Assembly (NCBI GenBank): GCA_013166775.1
Contig: JABLTJ010000001.1
Location: 192,001 to 256,000 of the forward strand
DNA: 64,000 nucleotides
DNA from: Promethearchaeati archaeon
Lineage (GTDB): Archaea > Asgardarchaeota > Heimdallarchaeia > Heimdallarchaeales > Heimdallarchaeaceae
Direction of reading: 5' to 3'
In this document: positions 48,763 to 58,438 of the stretch, piece by piece
Layout: each line of letters opens with the position of its first letter
Numbering within the stretch: the first letter of the stretch is position 1
Position numbers and translations under genes: made by a program
Notes under the pieces: generated by a model
The model's input: the letters and a program-made list of their open reading frames with translations, nothing else
What the model was told of the DNA's origin: nothing
The model's database searches: none

Positions 48763-48829
48763 GATAGATTTGAAATAAAAAGAAAGTAAATAAATGTTAG
48801 TTCTTCATCAAGGTTTTGCTAAAGAATAG

Positions 48830-50560
48830 TTATAGAAGTAGTTTGAAATACTTTGTAAATTTCAAAATATACTTCAGGCCTTTAACTTTCAGATTTCCTG
48901 TGAGAATTGCTATTACAGGATTTGTTTTTCCTAAACCTAAACCCATGAAAGTAGATCTATTTGTAGTGATTGATCCATCACATTCTTTCTTAGCTTTTTT
49001 AACTCTGCTTGTTGTGTTTTCAATTTGAGTGAAATCAATCTTTCCATTTCCTATATCCAAGATTACAGCCTTTGGATCTTCTTTTGCAACAATGAGTAGA
49101 GTATATTTATCTTCCTTAAATTTCTGAAATTCAGGATTTACGTTAAGTGATTTAAGCATTGCAAAGATTAGAGATGCAAACCCCTCGTAATCTTTGATTT
49201 GATTGTATAAAGGCAGTATCATTTCCATTGCTTTTTCGTAGCGTTTTACAATTTCATCAACAACTGATTCATCCATGGGAGTTGAAAGAATGAATGCTGT
49301 TACTCCTCTAGATACTGCGTAAATTCCATTGATGGCTAATGATAATGTCAAATACTTTGATAGCTCTAAAGTGGGTATAAGCTTGAAAACAGTCTGTCTT
49401 CCATCTTCAACTGGTTCCTCAAATAGATAAACATAAACAAGTGATTGGAGTCCACTAACCTGTCCCTTGATATCTAGTTCTTTTAACACATTTCGTAATC
49501 CTTCTCTTAGTCTATCACCCAGTTTTCCTAGTCGCTCAACCTCTTTTTCATTATACAACTCCATAGCTGTTTTCCCAGCAATCATAGTCATAGCATTTCC
49601 ACTAAATGTCCCTGAATGAGTTATGAATTCCTTCTTTGTCGGATTAAATTGATTGATTATTTCGTGTTTTCCTCCAAAAGCCCCTACTGGTAAACCTCCA
49701 CCTATTGTCTTTCCAAGAGCAGTTAGGTCAGGTACAACTCCATAGTACTTTTGCATCCCTCCAGTTGATATACGGAAAGTGATGACTTCATCAAAAATTA
49801 GCAAAATATTATATTTTATAGTTAGCTCTCTTAATCCTTGGAGATATTCTTTGGTTGCAATTGCTCCTCCACCTGATCCCATAATCGGTTCGAGAATCAT
49901 TGCTGCAATTTTCTTATGATGTTTTTTCATTACCTCTTCAGCAGCTGCTAAATCATTAAAGGGTACAATAAATACATCTTTCAGAATTGTTTTTGGTACG
50001 CCTTTTTCCACAGTTGCTATCGGCATCTCATCAGCTGTTAGATTTGGAGTAATATTGACTTCTACATAGTCATGAGAACCGTGATAGCCACCTTCTGTTT
50101 TTATGATTTTATCTTTTCCAGTGTATTTCCTCGCAGCCCTGATTGCAAACATTGTTGCTTCTGTTCCGGAATTGCAAAATCTAAGCAGCTCGATTGATGG
50201 TGTTCTTTCACATATTATCTTTGCAAGTTGGTGTTGAACTTCCATTGGAGCTGCATGAGCTGTTCCTTCGCTTGCTTGTTTTTGCATATTTTCAACAATT
50301 TTTTGATGAGCATGACCATGAATGTTCACAGTCATACTATTAAGACAGTCAATGTATTCATTGCCATCAAAATCATAAAGATAGCAACCTTCTCCTTTAG
50401 TTACGAAGAAAGGATAGGGGTAAAAATGTGCTACATTTCTTGTTCCTCCTCCTGGAAGCCATTTCTGTGCTTCTTCAAAATGTTTCTTTGATCCTTGCGT
50501 CTTATTTTTGTATTCATTTATAATATTGCTCTTTATATTCTCTAAATCTTCAATAGACAT
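48830..50560 (-). CDS. class III aminotransferase (GSA-mutase/beta-transaminase-like) fused to a C-terminal SCP2-like domain
   Basis: CNSGTEA, GGYHG, IFDEVITFR, LGKTIGGG and HSGTFSGN; last 115 aa end in NPVIAILTGNLKVKG (SCP2 signature). Confidence 0.8.
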   Translation of the reverse strand: MSIEDLENIKSNIINEYKNKTQGSKKHFEEAQKWLPGGGTRNVAHFYPYPFFVTKGEGCYLYDFDGNEYIDCLNSMTVNIHGHAHQKIVENMQKQASEGTAHAAPMEVQHQLAKIICERTPSIELLRFCNSGTEATMFAIRAARKYTGKDKIIKTEGGYHGSHDYVEVNITPNLTADEMPIATVEKGVPKTILKDVFIVPFNDLAAAEEVMKKHHKKIAAMILEPIMGSGGGAIATKEYLQGLRELTIKYNILLIFDEVITFRISTGGMQKYYGVVPDLTALGKTIGGGLPVGAFGGKHEIINQFNPTKKEFITHSGTFSGNAMTMIAGKTAMELYNEKEVERLGKLGDRLREGLRNVLKELDIKGQVSGLQSLVYVYLFEEPVEDGRQTVFKLIPTLELSKYLTLSLAINGIYAVSRGVTAFILSTPMDESVVDEIVKRYEKAMEMILPLYNQIKDYEGFASLIFAMLKSLNVNPEFQKFKEDKYTLLIVAKEDPKAVILDIGNGKIDFTQIENTTSRVKKAKKECDGSITTNRSTFMGLGLGKTNPVIAILTGNLKVKGLKYILKFTKYFKLLL

Positions 50561-50719
50561 ATTCTCTACCTTCTTTATCCTCTCTTAGGTAATGTAATGC
50601 TGGAAACTAAATCTTTAGAAGAATAGTGTGATAAAAGATTTTCCTCTTAACCATATTCAAATACTTTTGATATATGATAGTTCTTAAAAGCTTAAAATTA
50701 AATTGTTTCTTTGATTTAA

Positions 50720-51541
50720 ATGAAATTCATTGCAAAAATTATAATTCAAATAGGTATAGTACTTGGTTTCATTGGAACAGTAGTAGTTAATGCGCTTTCT
50801 TCTGTTGGACTTATTAACAATGTAGATCCTGGAACACTGTCTGACAATATACCCAATTTCTTTGTTCCATCAGGTTTGACTTTTTCAATATGGGGCGTAA
50901 TTTATATTGGATTGGCTGCTTTAGCAGTTTATAGTACTGTAGCTCTTTTCAAGAAGAGGGAAGAAGAGAGTTATTTTCTAAATAAAATGGGTATTGAGTT
51001 CATCGTAGCTTCAATAGCAAATATAACATGGATTTTCTTATGGCATTATCAAACTCCAGCAAACTATATGGTAGAATTTTCCCTTGTTGCTATGGTAATT
51101 CTATTAGCAGCTTTACTCACAATGTATATTAGACTTGGTATAGGCAAAGAAGAAGTATCAAAAAAAGAAAAATGGTTTGTACATATCCCAATTAGTCTAT
51201 ATCTAGGATGGATTACTATAGCTACAGTAGCTAATGCAACAGCTGTATTAGTTGACTTATCTATCAATAAATTATTGTACTTAAGTTATGGTTTAACTGA
51301 AGTATACTGGACTAATTTTATGCTTCTAGTTGCTACAATTATCACATTATTGATGCTCTTTATTAGAAAAGATATTGCGTATAGTTTAGTTGTTATTTGG
51401 GCTTTTGTAGGAATATTAACTAAAAGAATTAGTGATATTCCAACTCAACTTGAAATAATAACAACCTCTGCAATTGGTATAGGTTTAATATTAGTTATGA
51501 TTGGTTATATTACTTATAAATTGATAAAGAAAAAATCTTAA
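50720..51541 (+). CDS. TspO/MBR-like (tryptophan-rich sensory) membrane protein
   Basis: FVPSGLTFSIWGVIY, NITWIFLWH and SLYLGWITIA motifs. Confidence 0.7.
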   Translation: MKFIAKIIIQIGIVLGFIGTVVVNALSSVGLINNVDPGTLSDNIPNFFVPSGLTFSIWGVIYIGLAALAVYSTVALFKKREEESYFLNKMGIEFIVASIANITWIFLWHYQTPANYMVEFSLVAMVILLAALLTMYIRLGIGKEEVSKKEKWFVHIPISLYLGWITIATVANATAVLVDLSINKLLYLSYGLTEVYWTNFMLLVATIITLLMLFIRKDIAYSLVVIWAFVGILTKRISDIPTQLEIITTSAIGIGLILVMIGYITYKLIKKKS

Positions 51542-51614
51542 ACTATTTCTTATTCTTTTTTTTGTTTCTGATAACATTTTTAAATTAGAGAAATATATAT
51601 TTATAATGATTTAA

Positions 51615-52499
51615 ATGGTAAATTTTGCTGTTATCACAGATTCAGGTGCTGATCTTAGCAAAGAACTAATTGAAAAATACAACTTAAAAATAATGCCTTT
51701 CTCTGTTATATTACCCGATACTAATGAAGTTCTAAAAGAAAAAATAGATATAACAAATGAGGAATATTATGAAAGAGTTATTACTGCAAAGAAGCACCCT
51801 AGTACGTCACAGCCAAATCCTAATGATATGCTGGAAATTATTAATGAAGTAGATGAAAAAGAAATCGAGAATATCCTGTATATAACAATGGCTGCAAGTA
51901 TCACAGGTACCTATAGTACAGCACATTTAGCAAAGAAATTGTATGAAAAGAAAGGTGGAAAAGCTAGGTTAGAGATTTTTGATTCTTATCAAGCTTCCAT
52001 GGCGGTAGGCTTACAAGCAATTAAAGCACATATTCTTTTTCAACAAGGTAAAAGTATGGATGAAGTGATTGAAACGCTCAATTATTTTAAATTGAATGAA
52101 TTAAAATCAACATTAACGGTTGAAACGCTCAAATATTTGATGAAAGGAGGAAGGGTGAGTAAATTCAGATATGCTATTGGTTCCTTATTGAATCTCACAC
52201 CATGTTTAGAAGGAACCTATGAAGGTAAATTGGAGGGTTTTGCAGCTGCACGATCTTATGAGGATGCAATTAAAAAAATAATTGATCACGCATATGAAGA
52301 TATAAAAGTTAAAGAGAACCTCGCAGTGTATTTTAATGCAGGAAAAGCTGAAAGGGGGATAGAAATCGCTAAGAATTATCTTGCAGAGAAATATCCAGAG
52401 ATAAGAATAATGGATGTCTTACAGATTGGTTCTGCTATTTTCACTCACACAGGACCAGGAATTGTTGCTTTAATACTTTTCAAATATTTTGAGCATTAA
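51615..52499 (+). CDS. DegV family fatty-acid-binding protein (FakB-like)
   Basis: ITDSGADL, PSTSQP, ITGTY, LKYLMKGGRV and THTGPG. Confidence 0.9.
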   Translation: MVNFAVITDSGADLSKELIEKYNLKIMPFSVILPDTNEVLKEKIDITNEEYYERVITAKKHPSTSQPNPNDMLEIINEVDEKEIENILYITMAASITGTYSTAHLAKKLYEKKGGKARLEIFDSYQASMAVGLQAIKAHILFQQGKSMDEVIETLNYFKLNELKSTLTVETLKYLMKGGRVSKFRYAIGSLLNLTPCLEGTYEGKLEGFAAARSYEDAIKKIIDHAYEDIKVKENLAVYFNAGKAERGIEIAKNYLAEKYPEIRIMDVLQIGSAIFTHTGPGIVALILFKYFEH

Positions 52500-52552
52500 A
52501 TATTTTTAAGAAAAATATTTAAATTTCTATATGGTTTTTTTTTCTGATAATT

Positions 52553-52954
52553 ATGACTGTAGTCGAAGAAGAAATTCTTAAGGAGTTAACAAAAATACGA
52601 GAACTCCTTGAACCTAAAGAAGAGCTAAAAGAAGAAAAAGAAAAACCAAAAGGAATAAAGCATCGAGCTTTAAGATTCAAAGATGATTTCGTTAGTTTCC
52701 TCAAATCTTATGGAGTTATTGGATTAACTGTAGCTTTCATCATGGGTCTTTATTTAAAAGATCTAGTTGATGCCTTAGTAGGTGATTTAATCATGCCTAT
52801 CATTGCTTATATTCCTGGAGTAGAAACTTGGGATACTTTTCTAGTGGGTGAGTTTGCAATAGGTCATTTTCTTGGAATTTTATTGATGTTCATAATGATA
52901 ACATTGGTTGTTTTCTCACTAGTTAAAATCTCAAAGAGAATAGGATTAGATTAA
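52553..52954 (+). CDS. mscL: large-conductance mechanosensitive channel
   Basis: FVSFLKSYGVIGLTVAFIMG, LVDALVGDLIMPII and GHFLG. Confidence 0.8.
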   Translation: MTVVEEEILKELTKIRELLEPKEELKEEKEKPKGIKHRALRFKDDFVSFLKSYGVIGLTVAFIMGLYLKDLVDALVGDLIMPIIAYIPGVETWDTFLVGEFAIGHFLGILLMFIMITLVVFSLVKISKRIGLD

Positions 52955-53021
52955 ACATTCTCCTTTATTTTCTTTTATTTCTAGAGAAAAATTAAAGATA
53001 TGATTTCACTTTAGTTTACCA

Positions 53022-54479
53022 ATGATAGATTTAAGTATAGACGAAATTGAGTTAAAAGAAGCTGTAGAAAGAGCTCAAGAAAAAAACATAATCATACCAA
53101 CTTTTGCACAACAAAGGAATCCAAATTTAATAGAAAAACACATAGTTGAGGAATTAGCACAAATAGGGCTTTGGGATATTCATCCAAGAAATTTGTTCAG
53201 AATCACATGGAAAAATGAACCTATAATTAAGGGAGGACGATTTGGTGACGTAAATTATATTGAGTTACCTCCAGAGTTGACTGGTGTTGAAGCACGAATC
53301 ATTGGATTAATAGGAAAATATTTTCCAACTGGTGCTCATAAGGTTGGAGCAACTTTTGGATGTTTAGTTCCTAGGTTAGTAACTGGACAATTCAATCCTA
53401 TAGTACATAAAGCAGTGTGGCCAAGTACCGGAAATTATTGTAGAGGAGGTGCATACGATTCAACACTCCTTGCTTGTGAATCTATAGCTATCCTTCCAGA
53501 AGAGATGTCACTGGAGAGATTTGAGTGGTTGAGTTCCGTAGCTGGAGAGATTATTAAAACACCTGGAAGTGAGAGCAATGTTAAAGAGATATTTGACAAA
53601 GTCTGGGAACTCAGGCGAACTAGAGAAAATATCTTTGTATTCAATCAGTTTGAGGAATTTGGCAATTACTTGTGGCATTATGATATTACTGGTCATGCAA
53701 TGGAAGAAGTACTGGAAAGGGAGCTGAAAGGTTGTAAATTCAAAGGAATTGTATTAACTACTGGCTCAGCGGGAACAATAGGTTGTGGAGATTATCTGAA
53801 AAATAAATATCCTTCAATGAAAATCGCAGCAGGTGAAGCTTTACAATGTCCAACTATGCTTGTAAATGGATACGGAGCACATGGGATTGAAGGAATTGGT
53901 GATAAGCATATTCCCTGGATTCATAATGTGAAGAATACTGATATGGTTATAGCAATTGATGATAATGACACAAAAAGAATTATGCGATTGTTTAACGAAA
54001 AAGAAGGTCAACTGTATTTAGAAGAGATAGGTGTTCCTAAGCACATAGTAGAGAAATTGCCACTTCTAGGAATTTCGAGCATAGCGAATCTACTCATGGC
54101 TATAAAATTTGCTAAATATTATGAGTTAACAAGTACTGATGTTATCCTAACTGTATTTACTGATTCTATGGAATTATACCAATCCAGATTGAAGGAAATG
54201 CATGCTGAATTTGGTTCTTACAAACGTGATGATGCAATTAGGGATTCCAATACTAATCTTCAAGGTCAAAAAATTGACAACATGCTTGAACTAGACTACT
54301 ATGGTAAGAAAAGAATACATAATCTGAAGTATTTCACTTGGATCGAACAACAAGGGAAGGATTTGGATGAATTGAATAAGCAATGGTATGATCCTAATTA
54401 CTGGAAATCAATACAATCATTGTCACAACCAATCGATGAGTTAATTGATGATTTTAACAAAAAAGTTGGATTGATTTAA
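53022..54479 (+). CDS. fold-type II PLP-dependent enzyme (cysteine synthase-like family)
   Basis: PTGAHKVG (PLP Lys), PSTGNY, TGSAGT and IEGIGD. Confidence 0.75.
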   Translation: MIDLSIDEIELKEAVERAQEKNIIIPTFAQQRNPNLIEKHIVEELAQIGLWDIHPRNLFRITWKNEPIIKGGRFGDVNYIELPPELTGVEARIIGLIGKYFPTGAHKVGATFGCLVPRLVTGQFNPIVHKAVWPSTGNYCRGGAYDSTLLACESIAILPEEMSLERFEWLSSVAGEIIKTPGSESNVKEIFDKVWELRRTRENIFVFNQFEEFGNYLWHYDITGHAMEEVLERELKGCKFKGIVLTTGSAGTIGCGDYLKNKYPSMKIAAGEALQCPTMLVNGYGAHGIEGIGDKHIPWIHNVKNTDMVIAIDDNDTKRIMRLFNEKEGQLYLEEIGVPKHIVEKLPLLGISSIANLLMAIKFAKYYELTSTDVILTVFTDSMELYQSRLKEMHAEFGSYKRDDAIRDSNTNLQGQKIDNMLELDYYGKKRIHNLKYFTWIEQQGKDLDELNKQWYDPNYWKSIQSLSQPIDELIDDFNKKVGLI

Positions 54480-54584
54480 CACATTTTCTATTTTTTCAAT
54501 TTATGTTTATTGAAAATACTATTTTTTGTTTTTTTCTCTCTCCTATTTAAACCAAATTACGGATATTGGTTTTGAGGATATGGC

Positions 54585-55400
54585 ATGAGTGAAGTCACAA
54601 GAGATGATTTTGATGATATAAAGGATGGTATAATTTCATCTCTTGTAGATTCTGAATTAGAAGACCAAACACGATTTACTAGCTCCTTAGAAAGGATGGA
54701 GGAACGAGTTCAAGAATGCATAGATGAGATAATTGTCATTTTACAGGATTATATCCCTAAGGAAATATTAATTCAAGCTGTAACTCAGTTTGAAAGTATT
54801 CAACTTTTACTAATAACAGATAAGATAAATCGTAAAAAACACTTTACAAAAAATCAAATCGTAACTATCTTTCTAGCTATTTTAGACAATGTTTTATCTT
54901 TGATATATGAAAACATTGCAAGCTTCCATTTCAAACTTCTCAGAAAAAATATGAGAGGATTGAGTAATGGAAAATCTTTCAGCTATAACAACATGAAAAA
55001 AATACAAATTGAATTAATTCAATCAGAATCTATAACAAAGATTAGAAAAATTGGTTATACTTTAAAACTAAAAGACAGTTACTGTCAAATCATCAGTAAT
55101 ATGATGTCTGTTTATCCACAATATAAGAATCAACTGAGTGAAATAGAAGTAGCAGGCTATGATTTAATTCACTCAAGAGCCATTCCTAAACTCGAAGTGA
55201 CGAAATCAGCTGTTGTTGTCATAGCTTCTCTTCTCCCAGTTTATTTTAAGAAAAAGGAGGAAAAACAAAATCTATGGAAATATATTGAGGAAATTGTAGA
55301 TGAAGATGAAGATCAATTGAAAAGAAAAATCTATCGTTTTCGATCCAATCTTCGAAAAATGGAAAATGTTGACTTATTTAGTTATAAAAATGAGCTGTAG
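54585..55400 (+). CDS. hypothetical all-helical protein, possible degenerate TFB/cyclin fold
   Basis: Intact ORF with SD GAGGA; helix spacing loosely resembles two cyclin repeats. Confidence 0.5.
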   Translation: MSEVTRDDFDDIKDGIISSLVDSELEDQTRFTSSLERMEERVQECIDEIIVILQDYIPKEILIQAVTQFESIQLLLITDKINRKKHFTKNQIVTIFLAILDNVLSLIYENIASFHFKLLRKNMRGLSNGKSFSYNNMKKIQIELIQSESITKIRKIGYTLKLKDSYCQIISNMMSVYPQYKNQLSEIEVAGYDLIHSRAIPKLEVTKSAVVVIASLLPVYFKKKEEKQNLWKYIEEIVDEDEDQLKRKIYRFRSNLRKMENVDLFSYKNEL

Positions 55401-55451
55401 GGGAAATTTTGTAGTTAAATTACTCTTATTAGAGATTAATTCGTTGTTAAA

Positions 55452-55856
55452 ATGATTGAGATGAGTATACCAGAAGACTATGTAGATTTACTTCTCAACC
55501 CTAATTTCGCTCATGTAGCTACAGTTAATCCTGATGGATCTCCGCAAGTCACTCCAGTCTGGATAGATTACGATAAAGATAGAAACGAAGTGCTTGTTAA
55601 TACAGCGTTGGGAAGAAAGAAGTCTCGAAATCTGAAAATTGGTTCCTATGTTGCTTTAAGCATACAAGATCAAGAGAAATCTTACAGATATATAGGAATT
55701 CAAGGTGAAGTTGTGGAGTTAACAGAAGAAGGTGCAAGAGAACATATAGATAAATTGGCCCTGAAATACTTAGGAAAATCAGAGTATCCCTTCTATAGAG
55801 GAGAAACTAGGTTACTAGTAAAAATAAAACCCAAATATGTGCATATAATGGGTTGA
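55452..55856 (+). CDS. PPOX-class F420-dependent oxidoreductase
   Basis: ATVNPDGSPQVTPVW, GRKKSRNL and HIDKLALKYLG. Confidence 0.85.
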   Translation: MIEMSIPEDYVDLLLNPNFAHVATVNPDGSPQVTPVWIDYDKDRNEVLVNTALGRKKSRNLKIGSYVALSIQDQEKSYRYIGIQGEVVELTEEGAREHIDKLALKYLGKSEYPFYRGETRLLVKIKPKYVHIMG

Positions 55857-55928
55857 AATCTATTTTTTTCCGATTACCAATTCCACAAGTCTTTTGTATT
55901 CAAAATCGAATATGTTTTTTTGATTTAA

Positions 55929-58418
55929 ATGAAAAGAAATCAAAAAGTATTTACTTTTGGAGTTATTGTCGCTTTTCTCTTAGCATTTTCTATTTACTCT
56001 CCGATCAGATCATATGCATATGATTGGAATGTCACACACAGTACTTTACTAGAGGAAATTGATAATGTTGGTTACGGATATCTGACAGGTAATCATGATT
56101 TAGAAAATCAATATCTTGAAGCAGATTATGCAACAGACATTCGATATGTAAGAGAAGGAGCAGGAAATCCACGTGTCGATTCTATGGATAATGGCTCTTC
56201 AGAATTCAGATCTACTATTTTTTCTTCCTCCTTTTATCGATCCTATGATAAGTTTAACTATCTTGATAATGAATGGGAAACATACCCAACATACATACAA
56301 GCTTTCAATAAAACAAATCTTGGTCCTAATCTAAATTTCACAACAGGCTTTAACGATATGGGGATATTACCACTTAACAGTAAGACTTCTCTTGTGTTAG
56401 AAGGAGGTATTGTTTATGTTTTCAATGTAAATCTCAAAGCAAATGACATCTATGATCTTAATATTAAAACCACTAGAACATTATATTACATAATATACTA
56501 TGAGGATACCTTTTCTTTCTTTGGTGGTGTAGATGGCGTTGTGAGATTTATCCAACCATTAATAGCTAGAGGATCTGGAGATCATATCATATACTTATAT
56601 TCTGATTTCGAAAATGATGTAATTATTAATCCTAAGGAAATTGAAATCCAGAAAATAGGCTCTGGAGATACAGTTTCAAAAAGATTTGTTAATGAACCTG
56701 ATGAGATATGGAATGAAACTAGAAACATTGATCAAGATAATCTAAACAGAGAAACTACCCATGCGTATTTCATAGACATACCAAAGGGTGATTATCAGAT
56801 AAAATATGTAAGATTCGATACCGGTATTGATGCTTGGGCGGATATATTCTCGTCTTCGAAATATTATGAAGAATCAATACAATCTTCCTTTATGGATTTT
56901 TCATTAGGAACTGACATGCCTACTGGTTATATTGATAAATATAAACTACATTTTGAACAAGATTTTCAAGCTATTGTGTTAATCACTGCAGAATCTCATC
57001 AAACAGATTACATAGAATTTGACTATATTTTCTCTATAAAGGAAATTGAGATTCCAATTCTGGAATCTGGTGTAGTTTATGAATATCAAGATGATATTAT
57101 ATCATTTGGAATTAACATCCAGCAGACTCAAGCAGTTTATTTCAATCTATCAACTGGAGATAATTACGATCTAGATGTTGTGAGATATGCTAATGAAGGA
57201 AAGAACTTTGGATTTAGTTATACTCTGGAGGAGATGTTTGCAGAGGACGCTATAAAGATATTATTAGAACCAGGGCTATACTACTTCTACTTTGTAGAAG
57301 ATATTTTCGCGCCAGTTAATTATGACTTTGAAATAGTTATGAACTCCATAGATTATGAAGTCTTTACTGATAATATGGAACTCACTTTAGAACAAGAGAA
57401 TGGTGATCCTCTAAACTACAAATTAATCATGCTAAACTATACCCAATTTGAGTTCTATTGTTACAATTTCAGTTTATTTATGAATGAAAACTATTCTGTC
57501 GATGTTAACTATGAACTCTTCCTGGAGAAATTTGACTCGAGTATAGATAGTAGATCTTTCACACTAGGTAACCAAGAAGACATTAATGGAACATTCCAAG
57601 CGTTCGATTTTAATAACACCCAAGAATTGACACTATATTCTCCTGAAATAGAGAACATTAGATATCTACTAGTTAGTGTAACAGAAGTTTACAATACCAC
57701 TGAAGAACTATCTTCACCTGGAACACCCTTCGTAAATCAAACTAGCGTAACATTAAATCTATTTCTTGATACAGGATATCCTGATGATTTCAATGATATT
57801 AACATAGTAGAAATAGAACTAACACTCGATGATCTAGGATATGCAATCATCAATCAAGATTTCAACACATCTATAAACGAGAAAGAGCTCTATGTTATTT
57901 CAGTAACTTTTCCTGAATATACTTGGTACAAAGTTAATATAACTATAACAAATGGAACAATGGATCTATCAGATTACTATTTTGCTAATAGTGAACTACT
58001 AAGACCACAACGTTTTACAAGCGCACTTATTTACAGCAAAGCCTACTGGAAGCGAGAAGATTCTAATAGCTATATTCATCAATATTGGGAAAATACAACC
58101 GGTCCAACTTATGAAGCATTGGATTTAGTTGAATTTGGCATTCTTTCTCCTGATGCTGTATTTATGTATGCTATAGATCATACTCATCTAACTGCTATGA
58201 ACGGTTCCGTAATCTTTGAGTTTATTCCATTTAATTGTACTGAAATTGGGTCAATTGTTTTTGTTTCGAAAGGATTGTCTAAAGGAGTAATCATTGGTCT
58301 TTCAGTAGCCGGTGGTGTTATTGTAGTAGGAACAGCAGCTGGAGTGATGGTACGATACCTTGGTCCAAAGGGTAAGACTCCCTCTCAACCCGCAACTCCC
58401 CCACCTCCAAGATATTAA
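55929..58418 (+). CDS. large type I membrane/surface glycoprotein with Pro-rich cytoplasmic tail
   Basis: Signal peptide; beta-rich ectodomain with many NxS/T sequons; TM GVIIGLSVAGGVIVVGTAAGVMV; tail ending PATPPPPRY. Confidence 0.75.
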   Translation: MKRNQKVFTFGVIVAFLLAFSIYSPIRSYAYDWNVTHSTLLEEIDNVGYGYLTGNHDLENQYLEADYATDIRYVREGAGNPRVDSMDNGSSEFRSTIFSSSFYRSYDKFNYLDNEWETYPTYIQAFNKTNLGPNLNFTTGFNDMGILPLNSKTSLVLEGGIVYVFNVNLKANDIYDLNIKTTRTLYYIIYYEDTFSFFGGVDGVVRFIQPLIARGSGDHIIYLYSDFENDVIINPKEIEIQKIGSGDTVSKRFVNEPDEIWNETRNIDQDNLNRETTHAYFIDIPKGDYQIKYVRFDTGIDAWADIFSSSKYYEESIQSSFMDFSLGTDMPTGYIDKYKLHFEQDFQAIVLITAESHQTDYIEFDYIFSIKEIEIPILESGVVYEYQDDIISFGINIQQTQAVYFNLSTGDNYDLDVVRYANEGKNFGFSYTLEEMFAEDAIKILLEPGLYYFYFVEDIFAPVNYDFEIVMNSIDYEVFTDNMELTLEQENGDPLNYKLIMLNYTQFEFYCYNFSLFMNENYSVDVNYELFLEKFDSSIDSRSFTLGNQEDINGTFQAFDFNNTQELTLYSPEIENIRYLLVSVTEVYNTTEELSSPGTPFVNQTSVTLNLFLDTGYPDDFNDINIVEIELTLDDLGYAIINQDFNTSINEKELYVISVTFPEYTWYKVNITITNGTMDLSDYYFANSELLRPQRFTSALIYSKAYWKREDSNSYIHQYWENTTGPTYEALDLVEFGILSPDAVFMYAIDHTHLTAMNGSVIFEFIPFNCTEIGSIVFVSKGLSKGVIIGLSVAGGVIVVGTAAGVMVRYLGPKGKTPSQPATPPPPRY

Positions 58419-58438
58419 TTCTTTTCTCTTTTTCTTTT

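Noticed and set aside
48830-50560. hemL assignment
   Set aside because: Lacks the PGGVNSPVR signature, has an extra domain, and has no tetrapyrrole gene neighbours.
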